Under the pieces are notes generated by a model. The model had not been told where the DNA came from. It saw only the letters and a list, made by a program, of their open reading frames with translations, and searched no databases. Both the position numbers and the translations under genes were made by a program. From assembly GCA_907165135.1 (NCBI GenBank), contig OU015569.1:10540001-10604000 (forward strand): a stretch of 64,000 bases of DNA, in the 5' to 3' direction. Positions 22,128-37,701 of the stretch are shown here, in pieces; within the stretch, counting starts at the first letter, position 1, and each line of letters starts with the position of its first letter. This DNA comes from Oikopleura dioica. Lineage: Eukaryota > Animalia > Chordata.

Positions 22128-24281
22128 ATGTTCACGCATCCAAGAATATCCACGTCTCCACATCCGCCAGATTCATACCCCAGAGGCTCCCTAAGGTGCA
22201 GTCCTTCTTCAGAGTTAATTCTGTAACTTTTGAATTCAGAATCGACGATTCCTTCTCGCCAAACTTCCCTGCGTGGGATAATCAGCCACGCAACCCGCCC
22301 AACGTAAGTTTCTTTCGACTTTTGTATTTTTCTCTAGAGCGCGGCGGAGAGACTGCTTGTTTTTCTCCCAGCCGCATTCTCTCTCTCTCTCCCGCACGCG
22401 CAAAGAAAAAGAGATAGAAGTACTAACATGGTTATCCAGTTTCTGTCGATGTCGGAGTCGGACTTTCCGGCGCTGGGGCAACGCAAGGCCGACACTTTTG
22501 CGCCCATGTCACGTGCGCCTAATAGCCCTAGCCAGCCAAGCAGACCTCACTCCATGTCCGACCACAACCAGGGCCCTGGCGTCTTAGAAGTAAGTCTTTA
22601 AATCATTTGTGGAAACACAACTGTAGAATTCTAGGCCTAGATTATCCCCTAAAGCTTTAGTTTCGCCGTTTAGTCAGAAATAGAAGCAAGTTTTGAATCG
22701 CATAAAATATCATAGTTTCCGCTGGAATCGCCCTTCCCGCCGCAACTGAACCTCCCCACGCATCGCGCCTATGTCGGCTCGTTGTCGACGAAGAACGACG
22801 AGCGGCCGAGCGAGTTCCAGCTTGACAAGAACGATTTCCCAACGCTCGACCGAGGTAACTCAAGAACCCCACAAGACTCAAGACCACACTCTATTCAAGG
22901 CGCGCCCGCCGCCGACATCAGAACCAAACTTCCGGGCAGCTCCGCTCTGGATGATGATTCCAACAGGTAAAAGACGCAAGAGCGGTTTAAATTTTGGCAA
23001 GCAAGCCACAAAGTTCTCCAAGAGGGAGATCTTCAAGATGTAAAATCTTATGTTTTAGAGGCACATTTGAAACGACTCCCTTCGACAGCCGGATGCCAGG
23101 ACTCGTCCCCGGCCTGTCCATCGAAAAAGACACTAAAGCTGATGAAAGATATCGAAATCGTTAGTGCCAACTTACCTTATCTCAATTTAATTGATGTTTA
23201 GTTGTGAATCAACGGCCCGCTGTCAATTCAGGAACGTCGATACAATACGATCCCAATACTCAAACCTTGAGTAACGTCCCCAGTTCCATGCTCGCCGATA
23301 AACACTCCTTCCTGGGTTGTACAAAGATTTTAAGAGAAGTGTTAGGAGATAAGCAACAAGCAAGAAGTTTACAAGCATTTGACCTCGATAAGGAACGGAT
23401 ACGAATAGTAACTACTAGATTCCACCTTCTTCTCAATTCTCAAATGCTCAGTTTTCGTTCGTCAAGAAATTCTTTGTATCCGAATTCGAGAATCTAACAG
23501 ATATGGGATTAGCCTTTGTGAAAGGTAACTCGAATCGTCTGATTTACCGCTTCCAGTCGCCCTTCGCGGAGATGCCCTGCCGTGTCCAGGATATCGACAT
23601 GTTCGTGCCCAACGAGTACTTAACGAACATCCACATACGCGAAAAACTCGCCGATATCAAGGTACTACTCTCTCAAAACAGCTGTACTCAAAACAGAGCA
23701 GCTTCAGACAGACAAGTACAGCGAGGAGCTTCTGTTTTGGATATTCTACTCGAACCCCAACGACCACATGCAAATGATGGCCGCCCACGAGTTGTACAAA
23801 AGATTATGGAAATATCACATCGAAGAGAAGATTTGGCTCACCCGTCCCCGCAACATTGATGTAAGTTGATACAATACTGTATTGCTTAAGTCTTCGGGTT
23901 AGCAAATGACAGCGGAGCTCCCTTTTTAGAGTAGGTCAATGCTAGAGCCTCTAGGGTAAAGTTCTAGGGAAAGTATGCCCCTAAAGTTACCATGGATAAC
24001 CGATAATAACAGCTTTGACAGTTGCTTTACTCTATATATTCAGGCGCGAGTGAAGAATCAGACGTACGAAGAAGGGACCTTCATGGTCTGGGACACTGAA
24101 AACTGGAAGAAAGTAGCTAGAGACTTGAAAGTCGAGTACTCGAAACTGCACCCGTCCGAATACCCCCCTGTAAGTGCCCATTAGACCGATCATCCTCTGA
24201 CTGTATTTCTTTGTTTTACAGGCACAGCACAGACCAACGTACGCCGAGCCGTCCTTAGGCTCCATCGCCAGGCCACTTTGA
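22128..24281 (+). CDS. CNOT2: CCR4-NOT complex subunit 2
   Basis: DFPTL motif, NLTDMGLAF, FQSPFAEMPCRVQDIDMFVPNEYLTNIHIREKLADIK, and NOT-box LLFWIFYSNPND..QMMAAHELYKRLWKYHIEEKIWLTR. Confidence 0.9.
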
Positions 24282-25660
24282 CGAGGATCACTTTTGAATA
24301 TTTTTCAATTCTTCTAAAAGTATTGCTACTAAACAAGCCGTTTTTTCGTCAAAACAAAAAAACAAATAATGTTGTTCCTGTGCAAATGCAACCCTTTCTT
24401 CTACGCGACTTTTCACCTGTAGCCTCTTAAAACTGGCTACTTCCAGTTCTTTTTGTTTAAATCGTAACAAACTCAAAAGTTGTTTCTCTTTTGGCCATTT
24501 CTCTAAGTTCAAGAAAAAACGCTCATCCTCCCTACAGAGTGAGCATGTACCTAAAAAGTAACAAGCCGAGCAGCAGAAAGAAGTCTAGAGTCTCACAAAA
24601 AATTTAAATTCCTCTTTTCTCATCATTTGGAACGAACGATCATGATTCATGACGCTCTAGAACTCTTTCTGCTCGGCTGTTTCACTGACCACTGTGCCCT
24701 AAGTATAACAACTAGAAGCCCTCTTTCCTCCAAATTATTCCAAATTTCGGTAAATTTTTATCTTTTACCCTGGATTTTACAATTTGCATTCGATTCTCGT
24801 CGCCTAATTTAAGTAACAACAATGTTTTTTTATAAAAAAACTCCCTTCAATTAAAAATAAGAACCGAAAATTTAATACTACAAAAAATATACACACACAC
24901 TTACACTTGAATAGCTGTCTCATCAACTCTCAACCCTAGAAAGACAACAAACAAACAAAAAAAGACGCCCACTCGTTTTTCTTCGGTGTGTTTTTTTATC
25001 AACTGCCAAGCAACTGCCGCTTTCCTTCTTTCTCGTATTTGAAATTTCTGAAAATGTGCGCTTCCGTGCGAGATTTTGCTAGATTTTTCTAACCGGCGCG
25101 CAGACAAGAGCTTCAGTCACTCTCTCTGTAGTAGAGCTGGTCCCTTAATTCTGCCAGAGCTTTGCAAGAGTCGCCACCTTTTTTGACTTCAATACATCAT
25201 GAAAACATATTCCATCACGATCTTGAAAGGGTTAAATGATTGTTAAAACATGACGCAGTTCAAGTTGAAAGTCTCCACTAAATCTTATCAATTTTTCGAA
25301 TTCTAAATTAATTAAAAATATTTAAAAACTGGAGCTACTTTCGTGCTCCAAATTTGAACTATGAGCTAAGTTAAACTTATCCTTTTATTTCAATTCTAAA
25401 ATTCGAGCTCTTCAATACTTTGATGGAAATTTGGTTCTCTGAAATTACGATCCGCACGTTACGACTGAAAATTCTTACAAAAAATACTTTTTACAAAACA
25501 AAAAAATAACTGGACAGAGTGTTCCGGCACTCGTGACAATCCGTGTTTTATTCTTCTGTTATTTGCATTTTTGTTGTTCTATTCGTAAAATGATAAAAAA
25601 GACGAACTTCAACATATATCACAAAACAGCCAAATAAATTCAACATACAAATTCAGCAAG

Positions 25661-28600
25661 ATGAGATCGCTAAGATTATGTCGTTTATGCGTTAACAAAC
25701 TACCGGAACTAGAAAAGGAAAGCATCACAAAAATTATATCATCAGATCAGAATGTGGCCATTGCAACCACCGAAGGAAGGTGTAAGTCATAAGTTCCGGT
25801 TGTGGAAGATTGTTATTAGCCAGAGCTCTGATAATGCTTTAGTATTTATGTCTGACAATGGCGGGGCAGAATTCGAAGAAATACCCACAGGAGATCCCAG
25901 TGGCATTGTAGACATCCACTTTTTGTTCGACGGGTCGCTTTGGGTAGCGAATGAAATGGGCCAAGTGTTCACAGTGAACGGCGTGGATAGACGATTCGAG
26001 GAGATCGGTTTTCAAGAGACGGGCATCAGTGCAGCCAGATGGTCACCAGATGGCGAGTTGTTGGTCATTATTAGTCTTCCTTTGGAGAATGAAGACGCGC
26101 TGCAAGTACTGACAGCAGACTTTGAGCCAATTGCCGTACAAGCAGCAGTTACTACTCAGCCAGGGGAGCAGGTCATGGTTAATGTTGGCTGGGGCTCGCG
26201 CTCGACCCAGTTCATGGGACAAGCGGGGAAGGAATCGCGCGAAATTGAGCTGAAAGCAGCGACAAAGCTGAGCGACCGAGACAATCTTCAAATCGGGTTG
26301 TGCTGGCGAGGCGATGCTGAGCTCTTCTGTACATCCGTTCCTTGTTCTTCCGGGCGCCGCACGCGAATCTACAACCGGGAAGGCGTCCATCTTTCTACCA
26401 CGGATTCGCCTTCGATATTCCTCGGTCCGATTTCCTGGCGCGCATCTAGCTTGCTTTCTACAGTTGCCGAGTCTATATCCGGACAACTGATCGTCGCGCA
26501 AATCGAACGAAACGGACTTGAGCATGGCCAAATCGACTTAATCCTCCAAGATCAACCAGTCACGAAAATCGCTTGGAACGCATCAGGCGTCCTCCTTCTC
26601 GTCCAGTACTCTGATTACTTCGAGCTGTGGCGTCAAGAAAATTACCACTGGTATCGACAAGTTCTTCAAAAAATCAATAACGATGGTACAACTTTCATCT
26701 TCTGGGATGACTGCGATGCCAATATTCTGCATGTATCTTCCGGTGGAATTCTCAGCAAATATCACATCGAAGCATTCGTTAACGTTTACCAAAGCTCCAA
26801 AATACTCGTTGCTGATGGAAAATTTAACAATTTCACAGATTACGAAAAAGCGATCATCCCCCCGCCAATGTTTCAGTCTCAGTTTGACTCGTTACGTTCA
26901 AAACCCGCCGTAGTTACAGAAGATGGAGCGCTTATCGTGACGGATAAAGCGATCGTTAATGCACAAGATCAGTCTACTGTGATGGAAGGGGAGTTTTCTG
27001 ATGTGAACCAGATATTCGCTCTAGGAAAGAAGGCTGTTTTCTTGGTTCATGATACATTGGAGGGAAGTGAACTTGAATACGTTACGCCGGAGACGTCCAT
27101 CAGGGAGAAGACCTTAATTCAGCCATGTTGGATCACTCATTTCGCTCGAGTCAACGACAATACATTTTTTGTCTCCATGCTCAATCAAGAAGGAGACTAC
27201 GAGCTAGTCAAAGTTCAAGTAGAAAAGGGAGGACTGCATTACACTCCTTTGGATATAACTCCTTCCACTCATATGTATCGAAGTCTTTTTTGTTCCCAAG
27301 GAGAGCCAGTTTATATCTGCAAGAATCAACCATATTTTGGCTGTGATAAACTTCCACTGAAGAACGGAGAAACAGTTTTGTCCCTAGCAGCGAACGACGA
27401 GTTTATCGCGGCAACGACGACGTGCCACGAGCTCTTGATCTGGGATCTTTCAAAAGCCGGTCAAGCAAAAGGAGCCGCTGGAATCCAAAGCTGGCAGCCT
27501 GTGCGCCGTGGATGCGAGCGTGGAGCTAGTATCGTCACCCTCTTCGGCACCAAGGTCGTCTTGCAAATGCCAAGAGGGAATATTGAAACCGTCGAGCCAA
27601 GAGCGATGCTTTTCAAGCAATTAGGATCACTTTTGGATAATGAAAAGGTTGAATGGAAACAGCTATTCAAGATGTGCAGAAGGCAACGAGTCAATCTTAA
27701 CCTCCTCGTTGATCATTCAGGTGATTTTTCAACTTGTGTTCATTTTTCGATCGATTTTCTAAGGATACAAGAAGTTCCCAGCAAGCGAATTCTTCATCGA
27801 GTTACTTCCTAAGACAGCTGGAAAAAATGAAGTCGATGCGTTCCTCAATTTCATTTACGAACTAAGCGAGCAGAACTGCACCCATCCCGGAGGCCTGTAC
27901 CACGAAATTTATAGAGAGCGTTCAGAAAGGTCGCCAAAGGAGGCTGAAAAAGTTAAGCTCATTTGCAACACAATCGCCGAAAAAGCACGAGAAGATGGAG
28001 AAAGACTTTCGCTCTTTTTGAAGATCTATCTGCATTGTCGATTGAAGGTGGTGGGAATGGAGAAGACCTTGGTAGCAATGGCAGAGCTTCGGCAGCAGAA
28101 ACAGGTCCCAGTGGAGAAGCTATCGGAAGGAATCAAGTTCTTAGCAATCATGCAACAAGGTTATTTTCCATTTGATAAACGCTTTCACTTACTTTACGAC
28201 TAAGGTGACCATGATTTGTATCATTTCTCGCTGAAGACATTCGACCTTGAGCTGGCGCTAATTGCCGCCCAAGCGATAGAACTCGACCCGAAAGAGTATC
28301 TGGCCAATCTCAATAAATTAGACAAGCTTGAAGCCAATTTCCGCAAATATGTGATCCTCGATCAATTAGAATGCTACTCCGAAGCGCTCCTTCAATTAAT
28401 CCACTTGCACAACTTAAAAGATGATGTCGAGCGAAATATTCCCACGGTAGAAGACTACGTCAATAAGCATAATTTGTTCAACTTCGTTATTCGCCTCCCA
28501 AATCTATCAAAACAATTCAAAAAAGACGTCTGTCGAGCATGGGCCGACAAAATGAAGGATAGCAGTCATGATTTGCAGGCAGCAATTCTGTATAAACAGA

Positions 28601-29913
28601 GCGGAGATGAGGCTCTAAGGAAATGGTGAAGCACGACGACTAGGTAATTTTCGGGATCAGGCTTGAGGATTTTAACTTCTTGCTCTTCTTAGAAAGTCTT
28701 AGGGCCTAAGTTCTTAGGCTACGATATCATCCAATTAACAGAAGCAAAAATATCTGAAATGCTAAATAATTCCGAAAGTCCGTCTTCACCAGAATTAAAG
28801 TTCAACTCTTTTCTCGAAGCGCCAGCGATGGCGTTTAGCTTCTGACCAGAAGGCGCTACGAAGCGATTTCGACGAGCGTCTGGCCTCCATCCCGACGCAA
28901 GACGCGGGCCATGCCTCCTGGGGAGTCAACAGAGACCCCGAAGAGTCCGTCCGTTTGTTTGTTGAAGCAAACCAGTTTGAGGTGAGTGTCATCGCTTTTC
29001 GCACTTTGAATTGTGTGTGATGTCAAATTTGACGACTAAAAAGCTGATAAACTCAAGTTCTTTATTCAAGAACGCGCTGATGGTCTGCAACTCGACTGGC
29101 CGCGCCGACTTGTTACAAACAGACATACAGCCAGCTGTCAAATCCCACGCTCTGTCGATTCTAGAGCAGTTGAAAGAAATTGTCAAGGCTTGGTCAGAGA
29201 GACTTTTGAGGTTAGAAGAATGCAAAGCGAATCAACTCAGGAAAATTCAAATAATGAACGAGGGTTACGACGAGGACCAGGTAAAAGAACCATCTTCTTT
29301 TACTGTCGGTAAAAAACAAAATAAGGGAGACTTCGATGATTTGGTTTCGGACTTGGGAAGTGTTCGGACAGGCAGCTCTAGGGTGTCCCGAAGTTCAAGG
29401 TCGACGGCAAAGAGTGCCAAATCGAGGAGAAAGAATGAAAGAAAAAAGTTTTCGACAAGAAAGGGATCGCCAACGGAGCATTTGGGCTTGCTAGAAGAGG
29501 CCAAGTGAGTAGAAACTACCGAATCTGCCTTTTTCATTAAAAAACGAAACGAAGTTCAATATCCCTTCATCTTTAGATCATCTGTTGGCAAGTTTCAAAA
29601 GATCGTCGATGAGTTGGGAAGCTTTTTCGTTGTGCTTGGTTACTGTGGAGAATTTATCCTCGGAGCAGAAATTCAAGATCTCGTGAAGAGATTTATCAAT
29701 GATTTGGAGCATGAGATCCACAAGATTTGGTACATTTTCTTCTAACGCATTGATTGTTGAAATGTTCTTTTATCTAGGCCTCGGGACGATGAAGGTTTGG
29801 TGCTGTTGGAGAACTTCCAAAAAGAAGGCACTTTGAGGGATTTGAGAGACTTGAGCGTTCTCGCTCCGCCGGAGATTCCAAAGCGATTCCATAACTTTTC
29901 CATTTTTGACTGA
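25661..29913 (+). CDS. ELP1: Elongator complex protein 1 (IKAP)
   Basis: MRSLRL start, ARWSPDGELL, VNVGWGSRSTQFMG, CWRGDAELF, ERNGLEHG, ENYHWY, LQMPRGNIETVEPR, AQAIELDPKEYL, and a C-terminal basic segment KSRRKNERKKFSTRKGSPTE. Splicing at ~28620-28800 is unresolved. Confidence 0.95.
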
Positions 29914-29973
29914 GAATCACTTTTCCGGCGTTAAATTATATTTTCTCATCGTTTATCTCTTATAGAATATAGA

Positions 29974-30448
29974 ATGTCGAAAGGAACGAAAAGAGGTTGT
30001 CTATTCTGTGGAATTATTGCGGGAACAGAGCCCGGAAGAATACGAGCAAGCCGGGAGTTGTATACAGTTATCGACGATCTTTGTATGTACCGAGTGAATG
30101 CTTGAAATAAAAATGTTTTCGGTAGATCCAGATCACAATCACACACTCGCCCTGCCCAACAAGCACATCGAGAACGCCTCGATTTTGACGAAAGAACACA
30201 TTCCACTTCTTCTTGAGATGGCGGAAGCGTCGCTTGATGTCCTCCGAGCCACGTACGGGACCGCTCTCGATGAATCCCAAGTCGTCATGGGTTACCACTG
30301 GCCACCCTTTAACTCCCAGTCCCACTTGCATCTCCACTTGCTTTATCCTTACAGCGAATTTTCTTTTCTTTACAAACTGCGCTTCCTACCTCGCTCTCCT
30401 TGGTTCATTAGACATTCAGATCTGATATCCCGTCTTCAAAAAAGCTAG
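29974..30448 (+). CDS. HINT3: Histidine triad nucleotide-binding protein 3-like
   Basis: CLFCGII N-terminus, one intron, and GYHWPPFNSQSHLHLHLLYP (HIT motif in HINT3-type context). Confidence 0.85.
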
Positions 30449-30533
30449 CAATCAAAAATTTCGAGAAAAGAATCAACTTTACCCTAACCGAAAAACAAAA
30501 TATCCTTTATTCTTCACAGTAAGGGTTAATTAA

Positions 30534-30588
30534 TTAACCCGTGCGCGCATATCAATCAAAAGTTGATAATTGTGCGCGCATGGGTTAA
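30534..30588. repeat. Near-perfect intergenic inverted repeat overlapping an 18-bp palindrome
   Basis: TTAACCCGTGCGCGCA pairs with TGCGCGCATGGGTTAA (16 bp, one G-T) plus an inner TATCAA/TTGATA stem. Palindrome GGGTTAATTAATTAACCC lies at 30523-30540. Confidence 0.85.
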
Positions 30589-30715
30589 AATAAAAATGAG
30601 CCTATTTTTACAGAATAACCCTATCGTTAAAAACAAGCCCTAGAATCTATCTATCTTTCAACTGTACTATACGTCTCTTTTGGTTACCGGATCATCTTTC
30701 TGTAAAAAAAACAGC

Positions 30716-33079
30716 ATGAGCGTCAGATTTGACGCTCGAGTGATTTGAGAATTGTTTCCGCTCAATTTAAAATCGACTTCTTCAGATGAGAAATGATAGC
30801 GGCTTGAAGCTACGTGAAACTGCAGACGATTTGATTTTGGATATTCAGTTCGACCATTATGGCACTTCTTATGCCACTGCCTCCGCCGACCACTACCTCA
30901 GAGTAAGAAGCCAGCACTAAACCTTATCTTCCCAAAGCCTGAGGGTTCTGTAGTGTAGAGAAGGATGCTTCAATTTTTCCAAGCATAAGGCGGTTTCCAA
31001 TGGCCATAAGCCCTTTTGTTTGCCCGGGCAATAACTTATCAGAATGACTATTTGAATTGTTTGAGCATTATAACTGAGTCATTTCCCGTCATTATGGCGG
31101 TTTTTAGCATCTTTGGGAGCTTTTTTGGCCGCGGGCCACGGCGAATTTCGTGGCCACGCCAATCAGACGAACCTCTCAGCCTATTTTTCCTCTGACTCTT
31201 CCTCTAATTTTGACATTGCACTTATTGAAATAGTGACTCACTCGCCCGAGATCTACTCATGCAAAGATTGCCTTACCTTTTACTCCTACATCGGCCCGGG
31301 CTAGACGCGTCAGAGAGCTCCCTTTCCGACTAACAGACAAGACGTTTAATTATGCAAAAAGAATAGGAAGAACTAGAGGTTGAGAACAAGGAAAAATGAA
31401 TACTTGAGTTCGTTTCTTCAAGGCATAAAACACACTAACGATTTGATTCGATTCTGTCACTTTTCTGGTAAATTTCTCCCTCAGAAGACGTTCTATAGAA
31501 CTTAATCTGACTTAATTTCAAAAAGAAATATGCTACTTTTATGTTCTTTATCGAACAGTTCCTCCATCAGCATTTGTTTCAGATCTACAAGAAAGACCAA
31601 AATGGCCAGTACGTCTTTACCGCGGGTTGGATGGCCCATTCAGCAGCGATCTGGCACCTCGATTGGGCCCATCCCCGCCACGGCACCGTCCTAGCAAGTT
31701 GCTCCTTCGACAAGCAAGTGAAATTCTGGCTGCCCCCTGCAATGATCCGAAGCGCTTCTGGTAATTCCATTTTATTGACGCTGACATTCAATTTTCCGCT
31801 CTTGAAGAAGCAAAGAAGTCAACGGATTGGGTTTGCTTTGACTCGCACGGGGTTGATAAGCGAGGCTCGGTCACAGACGTTCGTTTCTCGCCAGAGTGGT
31901 TCATGGCCGATCACGGAGAGCCGAATCCCAAAAGCGGATCCAAAGTCTACGTCGCTTGCTGCACTTCTGACGGACAGGTTAGATAAGAAGAGAATCCCTA
32001 CTCCGTAAAATCATCAATTTGAGACTTTCCCTTGCTCCCCCTTTTAGTAAGAGAAAAAAGATTCATCCGGGCTGAAAATGACTAATTAATTTATATTTGC
32101 TTCTCATCTAAAATCATTTTTAATGACGGCACGGGGCGCGAAATAATCGCAATGAACAATGAGCTTTTTCTCTCTTCAGTGAAGCTGTTTCTTTAGTGAC
32201 TCAGCCACGGAACAGACAACTCTTATTCACCACTGGCTTCCTCTTTTATTCCTTCTGTTTCTTAAGCTTTTCTGTTTAGGCAAAAGTTTATTACGCTGAG
32301 AGCCCTGTGAACAAAAGGACCCAGTTCAAGGAGCTGCGCCCGTACATTATTATCAATAGCAACAACAGCAGCTTTCGATGCACCAGCCTCGACTGGAGCA
32401 GGGTAATTATCCCAACTCATAAATTTTTACTTGCTCCCGCTTCATGCGAAATCAAAGAAAGAGAAAGAGAGAAACTCCTCTTCTAGTTACGCAGGAAGTC
32501 GCAGTTGATTGCCATCGGTGCCGAAGTCAACGAAAAGAGCACACAGGCCCAGCAAGGAGCTGGAGCAGTGCAAGAAACTGGCAACTTTAGGCTGTACAGA
32601 TACATGCAAAAATCACCGTCGGAAATCGAAGGGGGACAAGAAGGGGAAAGAGCATGCTGGGACTTACTAGGTAAGCATCAAGCGGAGAATGATTGGTCTA
32701 AGCTTTGAACTAGAGGGAAGCTCGTATGCTCCTTGGGTCGACAAAATAGAAGGGACGATCAATTTGATCCGATTCGCGAACATCTTCGGCGGGAATAGCC
32801 ACACATGTGCAATAGCAGCCAACAACCTCGTCATTATCTCCATACATCCTGATACGTTTCAAGTGACGCCGATGCAGATCGTTCTTCCGGACGGTCTTGC
32901 ACTCGAAAAGACATGGGTTTGTACTCCTTCAAGTAGGTTAACCCCTGTAAAGTGATGTTTAGCGATTGGCTTGGGATAAATCCGGGCGCGTCTGTACCGT
33001 GCACAACGAAAGAACGCTCCAGTGGACGCGTACGTATTCCAACGACGATAAACTTTGCTGGATAGGCAAGGCGATCTAA
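30716..33079 (+). CDS. SEH1L: Nucleoporin SEH1 (WD40)
   Basis: DLILDIQFDHYGTSYATASAD, HSAAIWHLDWAHPRHGTVLASCSFDKQV, VTDVRFSP, and last exon W|RLAWDKSG. Contains a ~670-nt second intron. Confidence 0.85.
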
Positions 33080-33119
33080 CCAAGTTCATCCGTTTTAACA
33101 CCACTTCCCTTCTTCGTGA

Positions 33120-34853
<1,734 letters not shown>

Positions 34854-36335
34854 GCCCGAAGCAACCAAAAAAGGCACACACTGACGTACTGACCTCCTCT
34901 CCTCTCTCCCGCCCAGTGGGTCAGTGTCCCCAACAAAAAAAATACAAAACAAAAAATTCGATTCTCGAGGTCGCGAGTTTTCTTTTTCTGTTCATTATTA
35001 ATATTATTTACCATCTGTCAAAAACAACCAAAAGATTGTACTTCTCAGCATTCTTTCTTGACAAAAACCATTCTACAAAAAAAAAGACTATTCGATATAA
35101 CTTATTTAATAATTTCAATTTCATTCTCTTTCCTCCAGAGCAATCTCAATTATTCAATATAATAACATTCATGCACATCATCATCACCATCATATTATTC
35201 ACGATTTTCGCATCTTTCGCGCTTTCTTCAAGTTTAAGACCTTTATAGTGACCTTACAGAGTCCTTCGCATTTTTGAAAATTCTAGACAGCAGCAAAAAT
35301 ATTTCAATCAAAGCTTACTACGGCAAGACTCAATTAATCAGCCGGTAATACATTAGCTCCGGTAAATAAGCACATTTCCCTTAATTCTTTTAGAAACGGG
35401 AAGGAAAAACGACCTTACTTGTAGTGGATACTTGCGTTTTCGGGACAAGATTAAAGATTTCAAACTGCGATCCAAGAAAATATAATCCTATGATGTAATG
35501 TAATCAATTTTTAAAGGCGATCGATTTCTACTATTTTCGTCGTTATTTGACATTTTTCTGTGGATGAAGCCCCAGGGCTCGTGATTCAGAAGGCAAAAAC
35601 CAACCAACGCAGCATTCGTGTGAACTTCCTCCTTCTCCCATTTACTACTACTATTCCGCTAGTTCAAAATCAAGAGAGAAAAAAGAACAGACTCCGTTGA
35701 TTCACCAGGTCACTCTAGGCTTTCTCCCCCTTCTCTTTCATTTATTTTCTATCTCAATACATCACTTCGAGAAAACAGCTCCTCTCTCTCTCAACCTCCT
35801 TAAACATCCTTAAAATTTCCGGAAGTGCAAGTGCAATCTGTTTTTTAGATTTCATTTTTGATTAAATTTTAAAATAAACAAAAAAAGTTCATCTTTCAGT
35901 TACATCTTCCAATTAATGGGAAAAGGCTGGGTTTTGCCTTTTGTTATGGACAGGGAAAACTGATTCTAGCCGCATAAGAATTAGATAAAGTTCATTTTTT
36001 ATCGATTTCTTCCACATAGCTACTGGATTTCGCACGGGATTCATAGTAGCTATATAATGAAAATTTAGAGCAATCTTAAAAATTGGCCCTATATTGTAAA
36101 AAGCAAATTTCGCAAAAAGAGAATTGCGGTACACTGACGCGCGGGTGCTTTAACTTTAATCATCCCCCCGTTTTAAATAAATCATCGGAGTGCACTTTTC
36201 TCTCGAGTAATTGGCTGCCGACTTTTCGGGCGATGATGATGATTAACGCTTCTTTGATTTTCAGATGATTTGATACAAGAAAGATTCGATATTTGATCGC
36301 GGAAGAGAGAAATTCGGTATTCTAGAGCGAGCCAC

Positions 36336-37415
36336 ATGCCGCACCATGGCGCGGTGCAAGTTTATAGAGGCCGAACGGTGGAAGTATCAACCTGCACCAA
36401 ATATTTTCTATTCGGCTTCAACACTCTATTCTGGGTTAGTCTTCCTCGTTTCAAATGAATACGAATTTTGATCGTTTTTCTTTCAGCTCGTTGGCCTAGC
36501 TCTTCTCGTTATTGGCTTCTGGGCGTGGACGGAAAAAGGTTTCTTCGACAACATTAGTGAAGTATCCGACATTCCCTTCGACCCAGTCGTCCTCATCATT
36601 TCCATCGGCATCATTATGTTTACCCTTTCTTTTACGGGCTGTGTCGGCTCGCTCCGAGAAAATATCTGCCTTCTCAAATTCGTAAGTCCCAACAAACGAC
36701 CTTTTCAACCACATTTTTGTGAAGTTTTCCACGATTTTGGGGATGATCTTTTTCGGAGAACTGGTCTGTGCCATCCTCACATTTGTCTACAAAGACTGGT
36801 TCAACCAAAAGTTCAATGACTTCATGGAAACGACGATTATCAAGTACCGCGATGATCCAGATCTCCAGAATATCATTGACTTCGGCCAAAGAAAGGTAAA
36901 TCCTCTATTTTAACATCAACATCATTCGTTTTATAGCTTCAATGCTGTGGGGGTGTTCAGGGCGCACAAGACTGGGAGAGCAACATTTACTTCAATTGCT
37001 CATCAAGCATCGAGCTCAACGGCATCGACTATCGCCCGGTCGAGTCGTGCGGTGTTCCCTTCTCCTGCTGCGCGCATGGTGACATCAATTACGACGAAAT
37101 TACGAATACGCAGTGCGGCTATGGCGTTCGCAGTAAGAAGGTGCTTTTTGTACTTTTCCTTCTAGTCGTATTCAAGAAATTCAGGAAGCCGACTGGGGCG
37201 AAGACATCTGGACTGATGGGTGCATTGAAAAATTCGAGCAGTTTCTGAGGAGAGAAGTTTACCTAGTCGCGGGCTTATTTATTGGCGTCGCTCTCTTACA
37301 GGTAGAAAGACCTCAAAATTCAGCAAGTTAAGAATTCTTTTAGATTGTGCCGATCTGCTTCGCGCAAAACATGATATCCGACATTGAAACCATCAAAGCA
37401 AGCTGGCATCGTTGA
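36336..37415 (+). CDS. TspanC8-type tetraspanin (TSPAN5/14/17-like)
   Basis: KYFLFGFNTLFW, GCVGSLRENICLLKF, YRDDPDLQNIIDF, CCG, GVPFSCC, NTQCGY, four TM segments; ends IETIKASWHR*. Confidence 0.92.
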
Positions 37416-37701
37416 AGCTACTGTATTCCCTTCAATCCATCGCCTTATCAATTTTTACAAGAAGATTCTTCACCTTTTCACTAACGCAAAAGTACCCGCA
37501 AATCTCCTGTACATAATTCTTATCCTTTTCCTTTCCTTTTTTACTTGAATCTTGACCTTTTTAACCTGCCGTTGCTCCCGTTATATTTCTTCCGAATCTG
37601 TACCAACACATCCTTATCTTTCCTACCCCGACGAATTGCAAATTAAATAACAACAACATTCAAAAAGACCAAAACTCCTTCTTCAGAAACAAAAGACATA
37701 A

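Noticed and set aside
23460-23550. Apparent CG-acceptor intron in CNOT2
   Set aside because: The frame FENLTDMGLAFVKGNSNRLIYRFQSPF is continuous and aligns to CNOT2, so no non-canonical intron is needed.
31040-31165. snoRNA-like signals in the long SEH1L intron (ATGAC...CTGA; GGCCACG hairpin)
   Set aside because: The C box has two mismatches and the C-D span is only ~45 nt. No H/ACA boxes.
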